Source: Octopus vulgaris
Taxonomy: Eukaryota
DNA length: 64,000 nt
NCBI GenBank assembly: GCA_951406725.2
Contig: CATOCA020000001.1
Location: 2,170,001-2,234,000, forward strand
Direction of reading: 5' to 3'
A model generated the notes under the pieces. That model had not been told where the DNA came from and did no database searches. It saw only the letters and a list, made by a program, of their open reading frames with translations. This document shows, one piece after another, positions 14,428 to 25,867 of this stretch (position 1 is the first letter of the stretch; each line of letters starts with the position of its first letter). The translations under genes were made by a program, and so were the position numbers.

Positions 14428-17400
14428 TTTATTTTGTTTTTTATTTTTATCTAGTTTCAGCTCACGAGCTGTGGCCATGCTGGGGCACCGCCATTCGGTG
14501 TTGCTACGTGATTTTACTTCACGAATGCTTTTTAGCAGTTGACATTTGGTGCATGAGAGAGTTTGATACAGCTGACCTCATCTGCACCTCCTGCCGTGAA
14601 GTTGGTTCATCTGGGAACCTGACAAGAAGAGATCCAGTTTTATTTTAAAGACATCTGCATCAACCCCATGCAGGTCTCTCAGGTTCTTCAGGAGGATATT
14701 GAAGAGCCGTGGGCCTCGGAAGCCCAGGCTATCACAGTACCTTGTCCTACATCTTGATGGCAAATTTGGTGTCCTTGGCATTATGCAATGTCACCCAGTT
14801 CTGGCATTTGTGTAACTCTCGATGCCAAAGTTTGGGACAAGTCCTTCCAGGATCTTCCAGATGTATATTATGGCATATCTTTCTCGCCTACGCTCTAAGG
14901 AATAGAGTCTTAATCTCTTGAGTCTTTCCCAGTAGCTTATATGCTGCACAGAGGCTATCTTCTTTGTGTAGCTTCGTTGGATCGCCTCAAGTTCTGTGAT
15001 TAACTTGACACTGGATGGTAACCATAGCTGAGAGCAATAATCAAAGTGGCTTAGGACAAGTGTCCTCCAGAGGATCATCATGGTTTCCTGGTCTCTTGTT
15101 CTAAAGGTTCTAAGAATCCATCCGGTCAGCCGCCTACATTTCATTGCCAATTTAGCAACATGCACAGGAAAGGTTGCATCATCACTCATGTAAATACCCA
15201 GGTCTCGCACTGATTGTGCCTCTGGGATTGCAATCCCTCCAGGTCCAGTGTATTTATTGGGTATTGCATTTAGTTTTGCATGCTGATAGCATAAAGCTTG
15301 AAACTTTTCAGTATTGAACTGCATGCTATTCTTTTCAGCCCACTTGTATATTTTGTCCAGCTCACATTGCAGGTGTTTAGTGTCTTCAGGGTTCTGTATT
15401 GCCTGTGAAACTTTTGTATCATCTGCATAACTTGTGATCGTGGCTCTCTGCGTGGCTGAGGGCATGTCTGAGAGGGCCATTATGAACAGTAGTGGTCCCA
15501 AAATAGTGCCTTGTGGAACACCGCTCACTATTTGCGTATATACATGGAAGTGGCTACTACCACCTGACTTCTATCCTTCAGAAAGTCATGAAGCCATTCT
15601 CCCAATATTCTAACTATGCCAAGATCACGCAATTTGTGACATATCATTCCATGATCGACTTTATCAAAGGCCTTTGCAAAGTCGAGATATATGACTTCCA
15701 TATTTGAGTAGTCGTTTCAGCACCCAGTCATAGTGTTGTAGGAGCTGAGTTAAGCAGCTTCTTCCTGGTCGGAAACCATGTTGGGTGTCAGGCAGCAAGT
15801 CATTTTCTTCAAGGAAGGTGATTAGTTTCCTTCTGACTATTCGTTCCATGACCTTGCTGATGTGTGAGGTCAGAGAGATAGGTCTGTAGTTCTTGGCCTC
15901 CGCTCTGCTACCTCCTTTATGAATAGGGCATATTTTACCTTCCTTCAGTTTTCTTGGAAGTTTGCCAGCTGCAAGGAAGCTCTGAAAGAGGAACTGCAGT
16001 GGTCTTGCTAGGACTCTCTTACATACTTTTAGAAGGATTGCTGGGAATCCATCGGGGCCAGTAGCTGAGTTTGTTTTCATTTCATCTATAGCCTTTATTA
16101 CATCGTCTTCCTTTATATTGATGTAATCAATCATCGTTGCCTCTGATTTTATATCTGCAGTGGTAAAGAAGTCAGTTGGATTGCTGACTTGAAAATGCCC
16201 TAGGGGTGGAGTGAAAATACTCTTGAATTGCTCATTTAGTATTTCACTTATCCTCATTGGATTTCCTGTGAGTGTGCATCCTTTTCAAGGAGTGGCCCTA
16301 TCCTACAGTGCACCGTAGCTGTTTCTTTGGCATACCTGTAGAAAGCTCTGGGGTTAGATTTTATGTTGTCTATAGCCCAGGCATCTTTGTCTGCTCTTTC
16401 TTTTTCATGGGAGAGTTGCAGACATTTTTCAATTTCCAACAGTTTTATTTTCAGGCGGGACTTTTCACTGCTTTCAATTTGTTTGTTTAGGCGATTTGAA
16501 ACTTTTGTACGCCGTCTTTTTAGAATATTCCTCTCTCTGGGGATTTTGTTCTTGTGTACAGTGGCCTTTCTCTCTGGGACACATTTGTAGCACATGGCTT
16601 GCATTACAGACATGAATTGTTGAAGTTTCATGTCGATGACTGGCGAGGAAAGATATTCAGGTCAGTTTTGTTTGAGGATCCCTTTCTCAATTTTTTTCCA
16701 GTTTGCCTTATGGAAGTTCAAGCTGAAAAGATTCTGAGAGTTTCTTGTAGGCTGCATGTCCATGCTTTCCTTTGGTCCGTACATGGTCAGCTCTACCATG
16801 TTGTGGTCCGAGAGTAGTGTCGGTGTCACTTTCACATTATGGATGAGATCCATGTCATTTGTGAAGCAGAGATCCAGTGTGTTACCTGCCCTGGTTGGTT
16901 GGAGTATTACCTGCTCCATGTACAGGGTGTTGATGAGGTTCAGGAGGGACCTCACCTGTCCTCGTTCACATCTTGTCATTCCTGGGAGAGAAAGGCCCTC
17001 GGGCCATCTGACATTGGGCAGATTGAAGTCTTCCATAAGAAGTACACTTATGTGTTGTTCTAATGTGACTAGAACTTCTATTTTTAAAAGTCAGTCTTCA
17101 AACTTGCCTACATGGCTTGGGGCATCTGGAGGGCGATATGTAGCAAATATAACAACACCAAGTTGCATTATATGTACAATTAGTGTGTCACACACCGAAT
17201 TTGAGTATGACAAAAGGACCTGGGGTGTGAGGTCCTCACGGATGTACATAGCAACTCCCCCATGACTCCTTTCTTTTCTGTCGGTCCGTAGAAAAACATA
17301 CTGTGGTATGTGTATTTCCGCATCTGCTATGTCCGGTTTCAGGTGCGTTTCCGTAAGTGCTATGCATAAGGCTTGATTGCATGCAACAAAGTCACTCAAG

Positions 17401-17490
17401 AACGGGATTTTTGTCCTGTTACTGAGTGTTAGCAGTCCTCTGATGTTCAGTAGGAGCATCGAGGTGATGTGTATACTGTTGCCGGTGGTA
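14428..17490 (-). mobile_element. CR1-clade LINE family B, ORF2 (APE + RT), disrupted
   Basis: [86 protein letters not shown]. The 3' end reads GGCGGTGCCCCAGCATGGCCACAGCTC...TGAAAC on the minus strand. Confidence 0.95.
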
Positions 17491-17491
17491 T

Positions 17492-17546
<55 letters not shown>

Positions 17547-17571
17547 CATACACATAAATATATATATATAC

Positions 17572-17629
<58 letters not shown>

Positions 17630-17822
17630 ATATATATACATATATATATATACATACATATATATATACATATATATATACATACATATATATATACATA
17701 CATATATACATATATATATATACATATATATATATACATATTATATATATACATGCATATATATATACATACTTATATATATATATACATACACACATAT
17801 ATATATATACACATACACACAC

Positions 17823-17855
<33 letters not shown>

Positions 17856-18092
17856 TACATATATATATACATACACACACATATATATATACACACATAC
17901 ACACATATATATATACATACATACATACATATATATACACACACATACATATATATATATATACATACACACGCATATATATATATATACATACACACAC
18001 ACACACACATATATATATATTTACATACATATACATATATATACACACATATACATATATACACATACACACATACACATATATATATATAC

Positions 18093-18176
<84 letters not shown>

Positions 18177-19057
18177 GTGTATGTGTGTATGTGTATATAT
18201 GTATATGTGTGTATATATATGTATATGTATGTAAATATATATATATGTGTGTGTGTGTGTATGTATATATATATATGCGTGTGTATGTATATATATATAT
18301 ATATGTGTGTATATATATATATGTATGTATGTATGTATATATATATATATGTGTGTATGTGTGTATATATATATACATACATATACATACATATATATAT
18401 ATACATACATATATATATATAAATAGATATATATATACATATATATATACATACATATATATATACATACATATATACATACATATATATATACATACAT
18501 ATATATATATATACATACTTATATATATACATGCATATATATATATACATACTTATATATATATATATATACATACACACATATATATATATATACACAT
18601 ACACACACACATATATATACACATATATATATATATATACATACATACATATATATATACATACACACACATATATATATACACACATACACACACATAT
18701 ATATATACATACATACATACATATATATATATACACACACATATATATATATATACATACACACGCGCATATATATATATACATACATATATATATATAT
18801 ACACACACACATATACATATATATACATACACACATACATATATATATATATATACATACATACATACATATATGCATACATACATATATATACAAACAT
18901 ACATACATATATATATACAAACATACATACATATATACATACATACATATATATATATATACATACAAATACATATATATATATATACATACATATACAT
19001 ACATATACATACATATATATATATATACATACTTATATATATACAAACATACATACA
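17490..19057. repeat. Compound TA/CA microsatellite field; mirror ~34298-35591
   Basis: Seen directly; contains internal direct and inverted sub-duplications. Confidence 0.95.
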
Positions 19058-19262
19058 TGGATCTCTTCCTGTCAGGTGTCCCAGATGAACCAACTTCACG
19101 GCAGGAGGTACAGATGAGGGCAGCTGCATCGAACTCTCTCATGCACCAAATGGCAGTTGCTAAAAAGCTTTCGTGAAGTAATACCAAGTAGCAACACCAA
19201 ATGGCGGTGCCCCAGCATAGCCACAGCTCATAAGCTGAAACTAGAATCAATCAATCAATCAA
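19058..19262 (+). mobile_element. Short 3' fragment of LINE family B with an (AATC)n tail (mirror ~34092-34298)
   Basis: TGGATCTCTTCCTGTCAGGTGTCCCAGATGAACC...GCTGAAACTAGAATCAATCAATCAATC. Confidence 0.9.
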
Positions 19263-19420
19263 ACATATATACATATATACATACATACATATATACATAT
19301 ATACATATATACATACATACATATATACATATATACATATATACATACATATATACATACATATATACATACATACATATATACATACATACATATATAC
19401 ATACATACATATATACATAC

Positions 19421-19456
<36 letters not shown>

Positions 19457-19463
<7 letters not shown>

Positions 19464-20699
19464 GATCATGGAATGATATGTCACAAACTGCGTGATCTCA
19501 ACATAGTTGGAAAACTGGGAGAATGGCTTCATGACTTTCTGAAAGATAGAAGTCAGGTGGTAGTAGCCAATGGTGGTAGGGCCACTTCCATTAACACGCA
19601 AATAGTGAGCGGTGTTCCGCAGGGCACTGTTCTGGGACCACTACTGTTCATAATGGCCCTCTCAGACATGCCCTCAGCCACGCAGAGAGCCACGATCACA
19701 AGTTATGCAGATGATACAAAAGTTTCACAGGCAATACAGAACCCTGAGGACACTAAACACCTGCAGTGTGAGCTGGACAAAATATACAAGTGGGCTGAAA
19801 AGAATAGCATGCAGTTCAATGCTGAAAAGTTTCAAGCTTTATACTATCAGCATGCAAAACTAAATGCAATACCCAATGAATACACTGGACCCGGAGGAAT
19901 AGCAATCCCAGAGGCACAATCAGTGCGTGTCCTAGGTATTTACATGAGTGATGACGCGACCTTTCGTGTACATGTTGCTAAATTGGCAATGAAATGTAGA
20001 CGACTGGCCGGATGGATCCTCAGAACCTTTAGAACAAGAGAACAAGAAACCATGATGGTCCTCTGGAGGACACTTGTCCCAAGCCACTTTGACTACTGCT
20101 CTCAGTTATGGTCACCATCCAGTGTCAAGTTGATCACAGAGCTCGAGGCGATCCAACGTAGCTACACGAAGAAGATAGCCTCTATGCAGAATGTAAGCTA
20201 CTGGGAAAGACTCAAGAGATTAAAACTATATTCCCTGGAGCGTAGGCGGGAAAGATATGCCATAATATACATCTGGAAGATCCTGGAGGGACGTGTCCTA
20301 AACTTTGGCATCGAGAGTTACTCAAATGCCAGAACTGGGCGCCACTGCGTGGTGCCTAGGACTCCAAACTTGCCATCAAGATGTAGGACAAGATTCTGCG
20401 ATAGCCTGGGCTTCCGAGGCCCACAGCTCTTCAATATCCTCCCGAAGAACCTGAGAGACCTGCATGGGGTGGATGCAGATGTCTTTAAAATGAAACTGGA
20501 TCTCTGCCTGTCAGGTGTCCCAGATGAACCAACTTCACGGCAGGAGGTGCAGATGAGGGCAGCTGCATCGAACTCTCTCATGCACCAAATGGCAGTTGCT
20601 AAAAAGCTTTCGTGAAGTAAAACCAAGTAGCAACACCAAATGGCAGTGCCCCAGCATGGCCACAGCTCATAAGCTGAAACTAGAATCAATCAATCAATC
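19457..20699 (+). mobile_element. 5'-truncated LINE family B copy (RT C-terminal half) with an (AATC)n tail
   Basis: ORF 19473-20615 (380 aa) has [31 protein letters not shown] and [11 protein letters not shown]; tail AATCAATCAATC. Confidence 0.93.
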
Positions 20700-20776
20700 G
20701 GGCTTGAGTCGGGGTTAACCACAGTAAATAAGGTACTCAATACATAGCAGAGTAAATTAATTTATTTTATAGAAGG

Positions 20777-20827
20777 AGCTTCTACAGGACTAGAACTGTT
20801 TCATTCAAAAGAAATCATCAGGAAGCT
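20777..20827 (-). ncRNA. Type I hammerhead ribozyme, intact CUGAUGA core
   Basis: Minus strand AGCTTC-CTGATGA-T-TTC-TTTT-GAA-T-GAAA-CAG-TTCTAGTC-CTG-TA-GAAGCT: helix I AGCTTC/GAAGCT, weak helix II, helix III CAG/CTG, GUA cleavage triplet. Confidence 0.75.
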
Positions 20828-21246
20828 AGGTGACAAGAATAATTTTGGCATTTATACACTTAGGCAGGTTTAAGGGGTGGTGGTGGGGGACTTTTTGGGG
20901 TAGGCATGGCGCAAACTATCATTCTTAGGGGAGTGGTCAAAGGAATCAGTGATAAAGTAGATAAAAGAATAAATAGAATAATAGAGTTTACATACACATA
21001 CCCACATGTATATATATGTGTATATGCCTGTATACCTCTGTGTGGATGTATGTATGTATATGGGTGCGCGTACGGAAGTATGTGTATGTGTATGTAGATG
21101 TGTGTGTATGTATATGTATGTGTATGTATGTATATATATGTATATATATATATATATATATACATGCGTGTATATATCTGTGTGTGTATATATGTGTATA
21201 TATGTATGGGTATATATTTGTGTGCGTATGTATGTGTGTATATATA

Positions 21247-21301
<55 letters not shown>

Positions 21302-21418
21302 ATATGTATATGTGTGTATATGCCTGTATACCTCTGTGTGGATGTATGTATGTATATGGGTGTGCGTACGGATGTATATGTATGTGTATGTAGATGTGTG
21401 TGTATGTATATGTATGTA

Positions 21419-21449
<31 letters not shown>

Positions 21450-21772
21450 ATATATGTATATATACATGCGTGTATATATGTGTGTGTGTATATATGTGTA
21501 TATATGTATGGGTATATATGTGTATATGTATGTATGTATGTGTATGAGTGTATAAGTATGGATTTGTTGGGTTTCTTTTTTTATATATGTAGATAGATGT
21601 GAGTGCGTGTATGTGCGTAGATATGCGTATGTGTATTGGTATTTGCATGTGTATATATATATGTGTATTTATATGTATAGATATATGGATGTATGTGTAT
21701 GTAGGTATGTATATGACTGGTGTAGGTATATATGTGTATGTATATGTAGGTATATACGTGCGTGTATGTGTA

Positions 21773-21813
<41 letters not shown>

Positions 21814-22533
21814 GTATATATATGTATATGTATATACATGTGTATATATATATACTTGTGTATAGATGTGGACTAGTCTTCTGTGTGTGTGCAGATGTAT
21901 GTATGTGTATGCGTGTAGATATGAATCTGTAGGTACGTGTACGTATGCGTATATACGTGCATGTATGTATATGTATGAGTGTAGGTAGATATATGTAGGT
22001 ATGCTTTTATGTACACGTGTGTGTGTGCATGTGTGCTAATATGTACTTAAAGGCGTATGGATGTGTATATATGCGTATGTATGTTTATATGCACAAATGT
22101 CTGTATATAGGCATATGAGTCTATATATGTGGGCAGATGTTCTTGTGTGTTTATGTGTACTGAAGTACATCTATATATGTGGTTTTGTGTGTACATAGCT
22201 ATGAGTACGTTTATGTGAAATTCGGTACACTTATGTATGTATGAATATAACACGTGCGTGTGTGTATGTGTATGAGTGAAATTCGGTACACTTATGTATG
22301 TATGAATATAACACGTGCGTCTGCGTATGTGTATGAGTGTGCGTGTGAGTGTGTGTGCGTGTGTAAGTGTTTGTGTTCGAATCAGTGGGTAGAAAGATAG
22401 AAAGGAAGGTAGAGGGGCAATAAATGGTTTTTTAAGCCAGCTAGCCAAGCTCCTTTGGGAGAAACCTACCTCTGTGTCGGCTTCGTTGGTCGAGGTCAAA
22501 TAAACACAATATATATATATATGTGTATGTATA

Positions 22534-22581
<48 letters not shown>

Positions 22582-22592
22582 TGTGTATGAAT

Positions 22593-22644
<52 letters not shown>

Positions 22645-22991
22645 GGATATGTGAGCGTGTGTGTATGGGGGTGTATATCCTCTATTATATTTATTTATTT
22701 ATTTTACACATATATATGTGTGTACATATTTGTGTGTATGTATGAGTATGGGTATGGGTGAGTACGTAGATGTATGTAAATGGGTGCATATGTACATGTG
22801 TATACGGATGTTTGTGGGTTTGTGTATGTAAACTCTATTATTCTATTTATTCTTTTATCTACTTTATCACTGATTCCTTTGACCACTCCCCTAAGAATGA
22901 TGGTTTGCGCCATGCCTACCCCAAAAAGTCCCCCACCACCACCCCTTAAACCTGCCTAAGTGTATAAATGCCAAAATTATTCTTGTCACCT

Positions 22992-23042
22992 AGCTTCCTG
23001 GTGATTTCTTTTGAATGAAACAGTTCTAGTCCTGTAGAAGCT
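22992..23042 (+). ncRNA. Hammerhead copy with mutated core (CUGGUGA); mirror at 30277-30327 (minus)
   Basis: AGCTTC CTGGTGA TTTCTTTTGAAT GAAA CAG...CTG TA GAAGCT. The same A>G core change is present in both arms. Confidence 0.65.
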
Positions 23043-23053
23043 CCTTCTATAAA

Positions 23054-23113
<60 letters not shown>

Positions 23114-23182
23114 TACAAAATTAGAAAATATATATTTCGCAGCGTACGTGCATAATAACTTCTTTATGTTTGTTATGTTTAT

Positions 23183-23229
<47 letters not shown>

Positions 23230-23581
23230 TTATAAAATGAGATGAGGGTTGAAAATTCAACCCACCATGGGATAACATATATCCAATATACTGCTAGATA
23301 GGTACCCAACAAGACTAATACATAGATGTTAAAAATTACCAAGCAATTAGTTCATCTATTGTATTATTTGGGCAAAGGTAATAATATTACCGTAAATTAA
23401 TGCTACAAAATTAGAAAATGGAGAAACATACTTAAATCAATAAAACATCAACCATAAGATGATACCCAATCAATACTTTATTACACCATTACATATCAGT
23501 AAAGGCATTATATAACATATATAGTAAATATAAATAGACAAGGAACTGGAAATATAAAATATAAAATATAATATGTAATTG

Positions 23582-23709
23582 TAACACATCTGACAGCTGT
23601 TTCGGCAGTGAGGGCAGTTATACCTCATTTAACCTATAAGCCATTAAGGCAGGTATAAATGAGGCATTAACAAGGATGCCCCACGGCCTCTTCAGAGAAT
23701 TTAATGTTA
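23582..23709 (-). ncRNA. Type I hammerhead ribozyme in the PLE 3' terminal repeat (sense to the ORF), extended helix II
   Basis: Minus strand TCT-CTGAAGA-GGC...GCC-GAAA-CAGCTG-TC-AGA with palindromic helix III CAGCTG and a GUC cleavage triplet. Distal helix I pairing TAACAT/GTGTTA. Confidence 0.88.
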
Positions 23710-25867
23710 TAATTGTGAAAAAATTATGAAAAAATTATTTTTCCATATACATATAAATATAAAAATATAAACATGTAATATATAAAAAACTTGTGCATAA
23801 ACTCCATCCTGCTACACATATACAATACTTATTGATACACGAGTAAATGCAAGGTAAACAAAACAGAATAAAACAAAATATATAAAAAACAAAATATAAA
23901 ATATATATCAGTGTATATATTAATATTAATAAGCACAGTTATTTTACATATTTGGCTAATAGTTCTAAAAATTAACACATAGGGAGATATATGCTCACTA
24001 CTATTTAAATTAATATTCTATCTATACCTGAAAAATAATAATAATAATAGAAAACCATAGTTCAGTTCATAAAATTATAAATCTATAAAAGTCAATAATA
24101 ATTACTATTAATATTAATAATAATAATAATAATAATAGATACAGTTAAGTTTGTAACAAGTCCATCCTTTCAAAATTGATATAACTATGAGTTAAGTTAG
24201 TCTGTCGCTTGGAATTGATTATTCTCGATTAATTCGATTGGCTTGTAGTTTGAAATTTGAATCACGAAAGAAATTTTACGGTTGGTTAGTCAAGAAACGC
24301 ATATACGCACACGCACATCCATAGATCAAACGCACATACATACATAATTACATGTACACACACACATACACTTGTATACAAACATATCTACAATCAACCC
24401 CTAGCACATAGATAAATAAATAAATAAGGGAGCAACTAAACTGCCATCTAGTCTTTCAAAATTATAACTATGCTACAAAAAACAAGAGAGATCCGCTCAC
24501 TTAATTTCATAAAAAATATTTGTTTCAAAGATGTATATATTTATATATCAATATATCACTATATCGGATGCTATTTCATTAGGTGCGCTGTGTATTTAGC
24601 ACCGGTTTTAATATTGTCAACATTGCAGTTATTAGATTAACGGTAAATTTTTATGATTAAGTTAAAAACTAAAAATTAATTATTATATTATAACTATATA
24701 TCTCTTTTAACTTAATAAATTCTATGCCATTATAAACTAGATTAGGCATTAAATAATAACAACTAAGGGAAACACTAATGCAATCGTATATAAGAAAATC
24801 ACAGAAATAAAATAAATTAATAGAATGTGAATTCTTAAGTTAACATGCGATAAAATAAGAATAAGTAATTACGATTACACACATAATGTAAGTACAAACC
24901 AGTATATATGTATTCACATATTATTAAAAATAAATGATTGATATGCATGTATAAATCTACACTTAAATAAGTAAATAAATAAATAAGTAAATAATTGGAT
25001 TACTTGATATGTATGTATAAATCTACCCTTAGATAAGTAAATAAATAAATAAATACATAAATAAATAATTAGAAGACCAAATGCATAGATAGATACTATA
25101 GAGAACCAATTCGGATAAATGCATAGGTACAGGCAAAACTAATATATAGTAATGCTAATATGCATAAATCCATATATATATAAAAGAGAAGATATATATT
25201 GAAGAAAGTACCAATATAAACTTGGTATACAGGCTAATATTATGAAGATTCATATCTGTAAATAGTAAGTAAAAAATGGATAGATGGATAATTAAATGTA
25301 CAGATCCAGAAGACTATAAATATAGACTAAATATATAAGGCTACTAATATTTATAAAACTAAATGTTTATAAGTGAAAAAGTTTATTAGTAAATAGCATA
25401 AGTTACAAATTAAGGTGAATATAGAAAGACCAAATATACAATATAAACCTACCAAATAAACATATACAAAAAACCTAGATTCTCAACCTAAACAAAACAA
25501 ACTCCCAAAAGGTTTCTCATATATTATACAATAGTATTACTTTATCCATAGTTAGGTAACTAACCAAGATATTCATATACACCATGCAATATTGGAAAAC
25601 TTCAAGAATCACATATTACAAGGCAAATACCAAACTGAATAAGTTATTTCTTGTCATAGTGTATTTCCCTTAAAAACAAGACAAAAAACCCACATACAAA
25701 AAACAAAAAACAATTAATACTGGACACATCCAATATTATACATGTGTAGCTACAAAATATATAAAAATTATAAATTTATAAATTGCATGTTTAAGAATTA
25801 TAGAAGACCACTAGTATAGTTAGTTACAGAAGGGAGTTAAAAATATTAATAGTAGAGATGCTAAGTT

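Larger units (their letters stand above)
20700..23058. mobile_element. Non-coding foldback element: ~245-bp inverted repeats containing a hammerhead, around a TG/TA-rich core; probable non-autonomous PLE derivative
   Basis: 20761-21006 is the reverse complement of 22813-23058 (TTTATTTTATAGAAGGAGCTTCTACAGG... / ...CCTGTAGAAGCTCCTTCTATAAAATAAA). One repeat has a ~60-bp extension (20700-20760). The other end abuts a TA tract. Confidence 0.8.
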
